The translations under genes and the position numbers were made by a program. 42,140 bases of DNA from a virus: IMG/VR virus record IMGVR_UViG_3300008221_000005, positions 1 through 42,140 of that record, one strand, 5' to 3'. Below, one piece after another: positions 7,355-17,169 of the stretch. The notes beneath the pieces were generated by a model, which saw only the letters and a list, made by a program, of their open reading frames with translations, had not been told where the DNA came from and searched no databases. The stretch's first letter is position 1, and each line of letters opens with the position of its first letter.

Positions 7355-10300
7355 ACTCTTGAATAATATCGCCTGCAATAGGGAAGTTTTCTAACAGCTT
7401 AAATTCAAAATCCTCATCGCTTGCTAATGCGTCAATATCTGTTCCCGCTTTATCTAACAATTGAAGTCCAATAGCAAATGGAGTACCAATCTCACTGCCA
7501 GCTATTTTAGCGGTAGCCTTCCCTATCTTTCCTCGTTTTAAATCAGGCTTTGCTCTGTCGATATTAAACTTAGATAAACCGTAAGCACGAAGCAGGTTTG
7601 CGTAAGCTGAATCCGACATCTCCCACTCACGGCCCAACATGAAGTCTTTAATAACATCAGTTCCCATGTTTGCTGCCATAAATAAAGCGGTGTACTCCAT
7701 AATGCGAGACATGCCACGAACGATCTGTTTCTTATTGCCAGTCGCAATACCGTCCGAGATATCCCTTAACGCTGTTCTTCTGATTAAGTCCACCTGTTTA
7801 ATAGTGAACGATTTCAGCATGTAGAGAATTCTACCGTTAGGAATCTGTATATATTTTAGCGGCATTTCTGCAAGTGAGATAGGCTGCGTATCTGATAGCC
7901 TGTTAAACAGGAATAACGCCATATTCTCGCTAGGATTATTATTAGCAATATCGCCAATAAGATCGTCTATCTCTGAACCAAACTCCGCCGCGTAGGTATT
8001 CCTGAATCGCTTTACCTTGCCCGGATCAAGCTTGCCGTTTGTTAATAGTGATTTCTGGGCTTTGATCCTGGATGCGTTGATTGATGTGGTCTTACCAAAC
8101 TGGTCTACCATGTTAAAACCTGACCATCTAAACATTGTGTCCAGAAATTTAGCTGTCTTTGCGGCATCCTCTATTTCAGCAGATATCCTCACTACGCCAA
8201 TATCTTTAGCAGTTAGTGGTACTTTTCTTCTAAGCGTTTGCCCTACTGACTTGGTAGTATTGTAAACACCATTGTAATAAGCAGATAACGCAAGATCACC
8301 AAACTGAGTAACAGCAGAACGGATTTTAGCAATTGTTGCTGCGTAGAAGATATTCTTTGCGTTCTGAAGTATTTGAGATGACGGTGCTTTAGAATCTACT
8401 GTTCTTGCCTGTACATAAGCCTGTATTTCCTTGAAGTCATCCGCATTGATCTTACCTTCGTCCTGTAGCTGTTTGACAAGTTTACCAATGGAGTTATTCT
8501 CACCCAGATTTTTGCCAAAGAACTTTTGTGTCTCAATGTTTTCAACGGCTGACTGAATGTAACCCTCTAACGATCCTCTGAAACCAGCGTAGAACTTCTT
8601 ATTCTCAGGGGTCACTTCTTCAACACGACGTTCTTTAAACTGGCCCATCTTGTTTGAGGTTTGACGGCCCGCCAGCACAGAGTTAATTACTTCGTACTCT
8701 TCCTGAGGGGTTAGTTTCCTGCCCTCTTTTGCTTCGACTTTCTGAATGGCTTTAACTAAATTGATATCGCCCTCAACACCAAATGATCTCTTTAATCCTT
8801 CGAGGTCTTTTACCCGTCTTGGCCAGAAGTTTTCCAATCGGTTGAATTCAATGCCTGCTGACTCTGCTTCACCTGCCAGTTCTTCCAATAAATTGATCGC
8901 TTCGTCAAACCCATTGATTAGGTTATGAGCGTGTTTCTTTTGATCTGACTTGGATAAGCGTTCTGCATTCCGTTGTAGTAAGTCCCTTGCTTCATCAAAC
9001 TTTCCGTTAGAAACGAGCAAGTCAAGCTCATCTTGTGCTGCTTTAGGAATAGCTCTTGTTGCCCGAACAAATGGATCAATTCTTTTTAAATGATTCGCTG
9101 TTCTGACAGAAATGGAACCTTCAAAGTTACGTGCTAATCCCTGTAATCTTGGGTCTATATTCTCTAATACTGTAGAGATAGGGGAAAGCAGTTCGCTTGC
9201 GCCCTTCGTAAAACTGTTGAAGTGTGTTCGCTTTCTACCTTCTGGTACTTTAGAAATATCCCGGCTAGGAATGTTGTCGTCCAGATCAACATCAACTTTG
9301 TTTTTGATTTCTGTTTTTGTCTCACCTCTTGGCTTGGAATCTATCAGCGGGTCTTCAAGAGTGGGAATAATATCTTCGACTTCATCCAGCGCATCTGTAG
9401 GTGACTTGCCTTCTTTGATTACCTTGTCTGCAATTTCTTTTTGGACAACTTCAGCCGTTTTCCCTGAGTTTTTAACGGCACGGCCAACCACTTCACGGGT
9501 AGGTTTACCAAGTAAAAATAATGGGCCTAAAGCAAAACCAGCAGCACCCCCTACTCCCGCAGCAAGCGTGATACGTCCAGCATCCTTTACTTCGTTAAAC
9601 CTGTTTAGCTGCTCACGTGTTTCAATCCCCGCCTCAATCATCGCCGCTGTCACACCGGAGCCTGTCATACCAGCAAGGGTTTTGGTAACCGGTCCTGCGC
9701 TCTTTGAGATAGCAGCAACCGCCCTTACACCAGAAATAAACCCACCCGGCGTTGCAAGCAACTCAGGGTTTTTTGTCATTTCATTTAAGATGGCAGCAGT
9801 AGACGCGCCGGGATTATTTGCAATTGAGTTGTAGACTTCTTTGGCAAGTTTCTTACCAGCCTCAAAATTTATCTCTTGACCTAACTCGGAATCAAGCTCG
9901 ATCCCGATTTCCTCTCTCAGTCCTTTATTGAGATTGGATAACTGTTCTTCTGACATGCCTTCCTGCAATCCCTTTTGAAGGTATGTCTTGGATATTGCTT
10001 CAGCACGTTTCTTTGCATAAGGGTTTGCGTCTTTAGTGAATAAAGACATCATGCCAGAATACGTTCTTAATAGATTGAGCGGATTAACAGTCGCGGCAAT
10101 ATTGTCTAGCGGATCATCAGAAAATACATTCTGGGAAGTACCAGACACGAAAGACTCAGTAGGGTCTTTTATTGCTTCGTTAAACTGGTCAATGAACCCG
10201 GGCCTCTTTAATTGATTAGCCGCTTCTATAGGATCATCTGTAGGAGATAGATTTGTGATATTCCCACTACCACCCTCAACAAAAGATTTAATAGTATCTC

Positions 10301-10478
10301 GTCTTTTATCTAGTGGATTAGTGCTTGCCCCAGAATTCAGCTCTGCTAGTTCTTCGCTGGTAAATGGGCTTGAGTTAGCATTTAGCTCTTCTGTTTCCTC
10401 TTGAGAAAAAGCAAAAGAATCTGCTATAGCCGCCCCAGAATTCAGCTCTGCTAGTTCTTCTTCAGTAAAGTCGGCCAT
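7338..10478 (-). CDS. Large internal virion / ejection protein (T7 gp16-like position)
   Basis: 1046 aa, last of three consecutive charged or Gly/Ala-rich proteins upstream of the fibre gene. N-terminal EELAELNSGA duplication. Confidence 0.45.
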   Translation of the reverse strand: MADFTEEELAELNSGAAIADSFAFSQEETEELNANSSPFTSEELAELNSGASTNPLDKRRDTIKSFVEGGSGNITNLSPTDDPIEAANQLKRPGFIDQFNEAIKDPTESFVSGTSQNVFSDDPLDNIAATVNPLNLLRTYSGMMSLFTKDANPYAKKRAEAISKTYLQKGLQEGMSEEQLSNLNKGLREEIGIELDSELGQEINFEAGKKLAKEVYNSIANNPGASTAAILNEMTKNPELLATPGGFISGVRAVAAISKSAGPVTKTLAGMTGSGVTAAMIEAGIETREQLNRFNEVKDAGRITLAAGVGGAAGFALGPLFLLGKPTREVVGRAVKNSGKTAEVVQKEIADKVIKEGKSPTDALDEVEDIIPTLEDPLIDSKPRGETKTEIKNKVDVDLDDNIPSRDISKVPEGRKRTHFNSFTKGASELLSPISTVLENIDPRLQGLARNFEGSISVRTANHLKRIDPFVRATRAIPKAAQDELDLLVSNGKFDEARDLLQRNAERLSKSDQKKHAHNLINGFDEAINLLEELAGEAESAGIEFNRLENFWPRRVKDLEGLKRSFGVEGDINLVKAIQKVEAKEGRKLTPQEEYEVINSVLAGRQTSNKMGQFKERRVEEVTPENKKFYAGFRGSLEGYIQSAVENIETQKFFGKNLGENNSIGKLVKQLQDEGKINADDFKEIQAYVQARTVDSKAPSSQILQNAKNIFYAATIAKIRSAVTQFGDLALSAYYNGVYNTTKSVGQTLRRKVPLTAKDIGVVRISAEIEDAAKTAKFLDTMFRWSGFNMVDQFGKTTSINASRIKAQKSLLTNGKLDPGKVKRFRNTYAAEFGSEIDDLIGDIANNNPSENMALFLFNRLSDTQPISLAEMPLKYIQIPNGRILYMLKSFTIKQVDLIRRTALRDISDGIATGNKKQIVRGMSRIMEYTALFMAANMGTDVIKDFMLGREWEMSDSAYANLLRAYGLSKFNIDRAKPDLKRGKIGKATAKIAGSEIGTPFAIGLQLLDKAGTDIDALASDEDFEFKLLENFPIAGDIIQEFTLEK

Positions 10479-11513
10479 TTACTGAACCGGCGCCCATTGA
10501 TTATTACCTAAATACCTAGCCTGCTTGCCTGAAGATAAAACCCTAATTTCCCCGACAACAGGAGGGCGCATCTTGCCAATAATCTTGGCAGCTTCTTGAG
10601 GGTCGAACGATGTTTTTTCATCAAATGGTACAAAGTTGTCTGCACCTGTTGTTATAACTGCTCCCTTAAGCGCTGTTGATGCCCTAAGTAAAGCCTCATT
10701 AGATGACAATCCAGGAGTCGCCTTTTGGATAATTCTTGATAACTCTGAAGTTGCTTGAGCGAAACCCCTTTTATCCGTATCTTTAGATATTTTCTTGTAA
10801 TCAACATCGGACGACAAGAATGTTTCAGCATTCTTTACGTCATTAGCTGAAACTTTAGCTGGCACTCTTGAATTAAGCGCAGCTGTCTCTGCATTTTTGG
10901 CTGCTGTCTGTGCATTAAGGATATCAACTTCATTTAATCTTTGCTCAGTCAGCTCTAGCTGTTTTGATGAGTTATCAACACGACGTTGTTCTGTATTAGC
11001 TTTCTGCTGTTCGATATCAGATAACGAGATGTTATTTAGTATTGCCGCATTCTCAGCGCCATACTTAGCCCCAAATTCCTGTATGATCTTTTGTCGTCTA
11101 GGATCGTTATCAGGCATGTCCTTTAAGGCGTCGGATATCACATCAAATGCTCTTTCCTGTTCCTCATCCTGAAGCTTCAAACTACGCTTTAATTCAGCCT
11201 GTCGCTCACGATATTCTCGATCAGCGTCAGACTGTTCTTTTTGGAAATCGCGATTCTTTTCGTTTTCATTACGTCTGAATTCACGGTCTTCTTCTTTCTC
11301 GCGATTACGTCTTTCTTCTTCGCGAGATTCAGCCTCACGACTTCGAATGCTGTTAGCAATATCTCCTGACTCATCAAATCCAGCTAACGTTGCAGCAATC
11401 AGTCTTTGCCCAAGGCCTCTTTGAGAAACCGGCTTTTTGGTATCTTCAAGAAAGCGGTCTAACGCGCCCTGTGCGGCTCCGTTTATTCCTGTTATTTTTG
11501 GTCCTATTGGCAT
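10479..11513 (-). CDS. Internal virion protein (gp15-like position), highly charged coiled coil
   Basis: 344 aa with E/R/K-rich heptad regions. Assigned by synteny. Confidence 0.4.
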   Translation of the reverse strand: MPIGPKITGINGAAQGALDRFLEDTKKPVSQRGLGQRLIAATLAGFDESGDIANSIRSREAESREEERRNREKEEDREFRRNENEKNRDFQKEQSDADREYRERQAELKRSLKLQDEEQERAFDVISDALKDMPDNDPRRQKIIQEFGAKYGAENAAILNNISLSDIEQQKANTEQRRVDNSSKQLELTEQRLNEVDILNAQTAAKNAETAALNSRVPAKVSANDVKNAETFLSSDVDYKKISKDTDKRGFAQATSELSRIIQKATPGLSSNEALLRASTALKGAVITTGADNFVPFDEKTSFDPQEAAKIIGKMRPPVVGEIRVLSSGKQARYLGNNQWAPVQ

Positions 11514-11515
11514 AA

Positions 11516-12202
11516 TTATAATCCGAAAAATGCGCCACCAATCTTAATGGCGGTGTCGATTGGATCGCGTCCTTCACCATCAGGATCAAGTCCTGCAATC
11601 GGTGAAAGCCCTAACAATGAGAGTTCTTCGTTAAGTCGCTGTTGTCCGATCAGGTTTAAAAACTCTAATACCTGTTGCTCCTGATTTGCCGTTGACTGTT
11701 GCTGTCTTAACCCTTCAGCATCAGCACCCAGAATTGAGTTCAGGATATTAGCCTCTAAACCTAGTGACTCTCTATCCAGTAAAGCACGTTGATCAGATAA
11801 GTCTCTCTCACCCAAACGTCGTTGCTCGCCCAATGCGCTGGCCGCCAATGAAGAGCCGTTTAAACCTCTACGTGCAAAGCCTCTTTCTGTGCTTGCTAAA
11901 GACTGTTCGAGATTATCTCTGAACGGTCTTAATGCGGCGTCAGTAACATTACCAACACGCGGTAACAAGTTTCTAAAATCTGAGACTACTTGTGAGGCTT
12001 GACCGGAGGGGCGAATACCCTGAATACGGCTTAACAACCCACGTACACCTGCTAATCCTTCGTCCTGAATCCCGCGAATAGAAGGATCAATTTGTGTGGT
12101 AAAATCGTTCGACCCCTCTCTAACTGCAAAGCTCTTTTGAACGCCGTTACGCTTTACAAAAAAGTCTTCAGTCGGTTTTGCTTTGCTTCCGAATAGTGGC
12201 AT
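11516..12202 (-). CDS. Internal virion protein (gp14-like position)
   Basis: 228 aa. Assigned by synteny only. Confidence 0.35.
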   Translation of the reverse strand: MPLFGSKAKPTEDFFVKRNGVQKSFAVREGSNDFTTQIDPSIRGIQDEGLAGVRGLLSRIQGIRPSGQASQVVSDFRNLLPRVGNVTDAALRPFRDNLEQSLASTERGFARRGLNGSSLAASALGEQRRLGERDLSDQRALLDRESLGLEANILNSILGADAEGLRQQQSTANQEQQVLEFLNLIGQQRLNEELSLLGLSPIAGLDPDGEGRDPIDTAIKIGGAFFGL

Positions 12203-12779
12203 TGAAGGCCTCCTTGCCTCTTACCTGATATAAGTACAAATCCCCATCTTTTGAACCACCTCTTACATTTCCTAAAGGGTGGTTATATGGGAACAGCACT
12301 CCGTAAGTTGTTACTCGATTAAAGAATGGAACATCCTGTTCCAGCACTCTTAGCTCTACACATCCGACATTGGCGTTCTTCATCATTCGAAAATAATTAA
12401 CTGCCATACGAAGCTTGTTCTGTTTGGTTGCCCAAGGAAAATATTCAAAGTAAGGCTGGATATTCCACCCGTCTGACTTCTCTGTAATTAACCCAATCGG
12501 GGCTTTATCACCGCTATTGATTTTATTCTTGTCTTCAACGATCAATATTCTTGTGCAGTGGTTATAAAGGTCATCAACTTCTAGGTAAAATTGTTCTTTC
12601 TCGATGCCTTCTGGAAGATCGAAGGAGCCTCTTAGATAAGCTGCCCATAAAATCTTGTAGTCTTTTTGATCTTGATCTAAAGGATTTAGCTCTCTTATAT
12701 AAGGCTTCCCTTTTAAATCGATGCGTTTTCTTTTTACGAGCGATAATTCTTTCTCATTCTTCAATGTTAACGCTGTCAA
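12168..12779 (-). CDS. Virion-module protein (gp13-like position)
   Basis: 203 aa, overlaps both neighbours. No secure motif. Confidence 0.4.
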   Translation of the reverse strand: MTALTLKNEKELSLVKRKRIDLKGKPYIRELNPLDQDQKDYKILWAAYLRGSFDLPEGIEKEQFYLEVDDLYNHCTRILIVEDKNKINSGDKAPIGLITEKSDGWNIQPYFEYFPWATKQNKLRMAVNYFRMMKNANVGCVELRVLEQDVPFFNRVTTYGVLFPYNHPLGNVRGGSKDGDLYLYQVRGKEAFNATIRKQSKTD

Positions 12780-14286
12780 TTAAAAACTCCTTTTCAGTAT
12801 CTAGGGAAAGTTCCAGAAACGCAGAACTTCCAAGTCCACCAGGCGAAAACCCCTGTGATTGTTGAGCAGCACCCAGCAAAGTAGTTGTGCCGTAATAAAC
12901 AGCGCCACCATAATAATAAGCCCCACCATAAACAGTCGGGGATTGATCTTGTTGCTTTAGCTTGATAGTTGATGTGGTTGAATAAAGCTCATCAGAGAAA
13001 TCAAGTGCCAACGTTAGATCAACTTCACTCCTTCGTCTGTACTTAACTCTACCTTCTACGCTTTTACCTCTAATCTGTATGAGGGGTAATTTGCGGCGAA
13101 TCTCAATCACACCCGATCCACCGTCACCCTCACCAGTTCCATCCATTTTGAATATATTCCCATCTGTATCACCCCAATACACAGAATATTCTGTCCCGTT
13201 GGGAGAGCGCATATAAGCCACAGACGTGGCATTAAATTGTGAGTCATGCGTTGTTGTAAATGGAACCCAAGGGCTTAACTCAGTACCGATGAGATGTTTG
13301 TATAATGCCAGACATTTGTTCGTTCCAAACATATAGACTTTCTGTCTGGACTCGTCATATACCATTTTTGTATTACCAATGGTTGCAATGGTTTCAGGTA
13401 TCTTTATTGATAAGTCATTAGCCTGTACGTCACCGGATGTGTCAACCGCCCTGAGTGATTCTATTGCACCTTTGCGCTGCCATATCCAGTCATTACCAAT
13501 ATTAACAAACGCCTGTTCGCCAATCGCGTTAGACTTGGCATATAGTGGGACGATATTGTAATTGGTTGTGTCTGTTCCAGTGATTTCGTAAATACGCCCG
13601 TTCACTGTTGAAACAATTAGCTTCTCGTTAAACACATCAAACCCATTAATTTCTTTCAGGTCTGGTGTTGTTAAAAAGAAGGCAACATTTGCCGTGCTGG
13701 GAGAAGATGTTGAGTCTTGCCCCTTCCCTCGTGTTGAAGGATCAATGGTTCTTGGGTCTTCAAATGCAGACGCCACAATGACATGCGGCAGGTCTACCGA
13801 ATTATCATTGACATTTGCATACCACATGCGGTTGTTAAATGCTTTGGCATATTTCGCTTTGGTGTTCGTACCACCTGATGAAATCATATTGCCAAAGGTA
13901 GTACCATCCCATCGCTTAATTACATTGACTTTATTCAGATCAGTAATCGCAATAGTTTGATCTAACTGCCACGCTTCTGAAATAAAATTACCACCTGTGG
14001 TTACTGTTGATACCGCAGTCCCTAACGAACTGGTTCCATCCCATTCATAGACTTGCGTGTCGGCAATAACAACAGTAGATGAAGTATCAGATCGATCAAT
14101 CAATTGGCAAATACCATTAATCTCTCGTGCTGATCCTTCAGTAACCTTGAGGTCGAAAGCCATCCTTGGCCGGAACTGCGAGTTCCCAACCTCTAATTCA
14201 AAATTTCTACCGGATATACATTCTCCAGTTGAAATGAATTCATCATTTAATTCGTTAACCCCACCAGGGAAGACAAACTCAGGCAT
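12754..14286 (-). CDS. Putative tail tubular B / nozzle protein
   Basis: 510 aa, follows the adaptor-like gene. Assigned by synteny with T7-type order. Confidence 0.35.
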   Translation of the reverse strand: MPEFVFPGGVNELNDEFISTGECISGRNFELEVGNSQFRPRMAFDLKVTEGSAREINGICQLIDRSDTSSTVVIADTQVYEWDGTSSLGTAVSTVTTGGNFISEAWQLDQTIAITDLNKVNVIKRWDGTTFGNMISSGGTNTKAKYAKAFNNRMWYANVNDNSVDLPHVIVASAFEDPRTIDPSTRGKGQDSTSSPSTANVAFFLTTPDLKEINGFDVFNEKLIVSTVNGRIYEITGTDTTNYNIVPLYAKSNAIGEQAFVNIGNDWIWQRKGAIESLRAVDTSGDVQANDLSIKIPETIATIGNTKMVYDESRQKVYMFGTNKCLALYKHLIGTELSPWVPFTTTHDSQFNATSVAYMRSPNGTEYSVYWGDTDGNIFKMDGTGEGDGGSGVIEIRRKLPLIQIRGKSVEGRVKYRRRSEVDLTLALDFSDELYSTTSTIKLKQQDQSPTVYGGAYYYGGAVYYGTTTLLGAAQQSQGFSPGGLGSSAFLELSLDTEKEFLIDSVNIEE

Positions 14287-14974
14287 ACTTTCTACCGTAT
14301 CGGTTGCTCGCTTGCGTCGGTCTGATTAAATGTAATAATGCTGCCTTGGAAGAAGACCAGACGGGGTTGTCTTCCATGCGCTGTATTTGTATTTTTTCAG
14401 CAAGTACCTTCCACCGCTCTGATGCCATTGCAACAAATACCTCATCCTGCTCTGATGTTTGGAATGGAAGCTCGTCTGTCTCTGATGTCGGCATTGTCTG
14501 TGCCTCATAATCAAACGAATAGGTTAAGACAGTCGAAGGCACTGGGTATAAACCTATCTGCCTTGGCTCGTTACTGTTTTCTTCTTCATACCACCACTCG
14601 GGGCGGCCTGTTTGTGTATCCCACGTTGTATAATTCTGTCTTAAACTGTCGTAACCGCCTTTATATTCGTACAAATAATCGTTATTCGTATCACTTGGAC
14701 GTAAAAAAGGATGCTTACCGTAAAATCGAGAGAAGTTTGTAGGTAAATCGTAAGTTCTGGTATCAATAACGGTAGTAATTGACCCATTCTTCTTCACTTC
14801 TGAAGGAATGGTTCTGTCCGATACAAGGTCGATAACCTCTAACTTAATCGCACGTACTGCATGATTGCGTGTTGTTACGTGCTGAGTGCCTGTAAATGAC
14901 ATTAAGTCATCATCATCACTAGAGATGACGTTATTATCTCTCAGTACTCGATTGACAGCGGCTAGGAAATTCAT
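14279..14974 (-). CDS. Putative head-tail adaptor / tail tubular A protein
   Basis: N-terminal FLAAVNRVLRDNNVI and overall size resemble gp11-type adaptors. Position is downstream of the capsid gene. Confidence 0.4.
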   Translation of the reverse strand: MNFLAAVNRVLRDNNVISSDDDDLMSFTGTQHVTTRNHAVRAIKLEVIDLVSDRTIPSEVKKNGSITTVIDTRTYDLPTNFSRFYGKHPFLRPSDTNNDYLYEYKGGYDSLRQNYTTWDTQTGRPEWWYEEENSNEPRQIGLYPVPSTVLTYSFDYEAQTMPTSETDELPFQTSEQDEVFVAMASERWKVLAEKIQIQRMEDNPVWSSSKAALLHLIRPTQASNRYGRKYA

Positions 14975-15204
14975 GCTTTCTTCTTGGCTACCTTTTTAGT
15001 CGGGGCTACCTTTTCAGGAGGCTTAACTTCGGTCGGAACACTCTTTGACACAATGCCCAATGAGGATAATCTTGATGCAATCACATCAATGACATAATCG
15101 GGAGAATGTTGCGAAGGGGGAATTGAACCACTGGCATTCTTGACCATGAGTACCTTTTCTGATTCGCCATTAAAACTGACTTGAACTTTTATTACTGCGT
15201 CCAT
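14971..15204 (-). CDS. Small head-associated protein with Lys-rich tail
   Basis: GGAG lies 5 nt before ATG 15204, just after the terminator U-run. Alternative starts at 15231 and 15303 lie inside or upstream of the hairpin. Confidence 0.45.
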   Translation of the reverse strand: MDAVIKVQVSFNGESEKVLMVKNASGSIPPSQHSPDYVIDVIASRLSSLGIVSKSVPTEVKPPEKVAPTKKVAKKKA

Positions 15205-15215
15205 CTTTTCTCCAT

Positions 15216-15243
15216 AAAAAAAGGGAGCCATAGAGACTCCCTT
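15216..15243 (-). terminator. Intrinsic terminator/attenuator after the major capsid gene
   Basis: On the - strand: AAGGGAG-9 nt loop-CTCCCTT followed by further Ts (7-U run), 20 nt after the capsid stop. Confidence 0.5.
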
Positions 15244-15262
15244 CAATAAGGTTAATAACTTA

Positions 15263-16345
15263 TCATTGTATGGTGTTAAATTCTGTTGCCAGAGTTCTAA
15301 CACGAACTAGCCAGTTATCATTGAGGATTGCACCTGCAAACCATGCCTTCCAACCCACTGAAGCAACTTCGTTCAATGGATCGCCAGCACCGGCAGAGCC
15401 TAACTCTTTAACAATGATATCGACAGCAGGAATGTTGTCGCCAGTTCGGTAAACATCTTTAATGTGTTGCTCACCTAAACCAACAGAACCAATCGCTTCC
15501 ATACCTAAGATATATGAATCGTACACATCGTTCTGAGTGTCGCCTGTTCCTCGGAAACCTGATGCTGAAGATGTACCTGCGTCTTCAGTAATCAAAGCGT
15601 CTTCAGAAGTCTTCAACCAACGAACATTATCGATGTAACCGATTTCACCAGGCATAATTTCCATATGACCAGCGTAACGCTCAACTTGAACGAAACCAGT
15701 TAGATTCTCAATGTCGCGAGCAACATCAGAATGACAAATACCCATGTAAGCAGCATCGATTGGAGTTGAGTTCTCAATCGTTCCGCCTTTACCTAGGCCC
15801 ATGAAGTGCATTGCATCTTGACGATCCAGGAAGCTTACTGCTTCTCTTATATCGTTTAATGCCATTGCAGTGACAACGGTTGCTTCTGTAGTTGCAGAAC
15901 CAGCATGAAGGATGTTGGCTGCACCGTCATAAACGCCTTCCATAATGGCATTTAATGAACGGCCTGCGTTCTCACCCATTTTCATTGCATAACGAGCAGA
16001 CGTTGAATTAACAGACATCAATTCAAGATCGTCTTCAAGGTAAAGTACGTTTCCATACTTTGCCATGTCAGCAGTGATTGGGGTGATGGTTGGTGTAATA
16101 CCATTACGAGTCGGAAAATCAAATGTATCCGACAAAGTTAATGGTGAGGTTGCTTTTGCAAAGTTCTCGATTCTCTCCCAACGGACAGTACGAGTACCTT
16201 GGTTTAATTGCAGAGAATTCTGCATTGTTGGCGCAAATAGCGGCGCTAACCTTTTAGCCGATTTTAATAATGTCTTGATAAGAGCATTGTTTACCGAAGG
16301 AAAGCTGACCGAGCCATCGCCACGTTGGACTAATCCAGTAGCCAT
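15263..16345 (-). CDS. Major capsid protein (HK97 fold, possibly N4-gp56-like family)
   Basis: 360 aa directly after the scaffold-like gene. Strong AAGGAG SD. Composition and length are typical. Family assignment is from memory only. Confidence 0.7.
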   Translation of the reverse strand: MATGLVQRGDGSVSFPSVNNALIKTLLKSAKRLAPLFAPTMQNSLQLNQGTRTVRWERIENFAKATSPLTLSDTFDFPTRNGITPTITPITADMAKYGNVLYLEDDLELMSVNSTSARYAMKMGENAGRSLNAIMEGVYDGAANILHAGSATTEATVVTAMALNDIREAVSFLDRQDAMHFMGLGKGGTIENSTPIDAAYMGICHSDVARDIENLTGFVQVERYAGHMEIMPGEIGYIDNVRWLKTSEDALITEDAGTSSASGFRGTGDTQNDVYDSYILGMEAIGSVGLGEQHIKDVYRTGDNIPAVDIIVKELGSAGAGDPLNEVASVGWKAWFAGAILNDNWLVRVRTLATEFNTIQ

Positions 16346-16387
16346 AATTCAAACTCCTTTTGAATTGGGCATCCTTTTGTGTGAGGT

Positions 16388-16969
16388 CTACCCTTGTAAG
16401 ATTTTCCCTATCGCCTTATTAAAGTCGTCGTCACTTAAATTCATAAGTTCCTTCTCTTGTTCTTTATAAGGGTTGGGTGCTTCGCCTCCACCACTTGTTG
16501 AACGTATATTTGCGTCGAGTAGTGCGGACTGTGTTTCTGCGAGATTCGGATCGATGACTCGACCAAACTCCTTTGCGGTTTCCTTGGCAACTAAATCCAA
16601 TGCTTTCTCTAGTGCTTGAGGGTTGCTGTTACGTGCGTCGTAAATCTTTCTAAAAGAAGGATCGTTGTCGTACTTTTCCTGAAGCATAAATTTGCATTGG
16701 CTTTCACTCTTAACACCGGACAGCTCGCTAATTTTAGAGACTGCCGAGTTGATTTCTTTATTCACTCTTTCTGTTTCAAAATGGTTGATGATCTGATCCA
16801 TTTTGCTGAATTTTTCCGCTATTCCAGAAACATCAAATTTTGGCTGTTGCTTAACTGGTTCTGGGGTAGCTTCCGTATGGACTTCTTGTGTCTCCACATT
16901 GGGTTCCGACAAAATCTGATCCATTGTTATTTCTTCTGATACTTCCTGATTTTCTTGAGCGTCGCTCAT
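16388..16969 (-). CDS. Putative scaffolding protein
   Basis: Acidic helical protein immediately upstream of the capsid gene. GAAGGAG SD and an ATGA overlap with the upstream ORF favour the start at 16969. Confidence 0.5.
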   Translation of the reverse strand: MSDAQENQEVSEEITMDQILSEPNVETQEVHTEATPEPVKQQPKFDVSGIAEKFSKMDQIINHFETERVNKEINSAVSKISELSGVKSESQCKFMLQEKYDNDPSFRKIYDARNSNPQALEKALDLVAKETAKEFGRVIDPNLAETQSALLDANIRSTSGGGEAPNPYKEQEKELMNLSDDDFNKAIGKILQG

Positions 16970-17169
16970 AAGTTCTCCTTCATTCCTAGTTTCTTTAAAC
17001 ACAATAAGTAACCATCAATCATTGCTGACCGATGCTTCATATCTTCTATATTGCCTTTTTGCGTATCCCAATGAAGATGGGACGGGGTTTCTTTAATTAG
17101 TTGAGCCTTGATCGTTTGATATTCCTGGCTCGTTCTGAACTGTAGTAATGCGGTTTTGTAATCCATCAT
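16966..17169 (-). CDS. Hypothetical protein (67 aa)
   Basis: Translationally coupled on both sides. Confidence 0.5.
   Translation of the reverse strand: MMDYKTALLQFRTSQEYQTIKAQLIKETPSHLHWDTQKGNIEDMKHRSAMIDGYLLCLKKLGMKENL

Noticed and set aside
9112-9834. 240-aa + strand ORF, and similar antisense ORFs (e.g. 2633-2860, 2668-3054, 8017-8265, 10897-11172, 12551-12865, 13694-13960, 14057-14742, 16065-16469, 16616-16939, 18575-19222, 19758-20066, 21633-21947, 23813-24076, 24292-24522, 27035-27521, 33455-34224, 35232-35839)
   Set aside because: These lie entirely inside longer, motif-supported or well-coupled genes on the other strand. They have low-complexity or Ser/Leu-rich shadow-frame composition and no SD.
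16346-16366. 8-bp inverted repeat AATTCAAA/TTTGAATT flanking the capsid SD (AGGAG in the loop)
   Set aside because: It is an all-A/T stem of marginal stability. It is most simply a translation-initiation context rather than a regulatory element.
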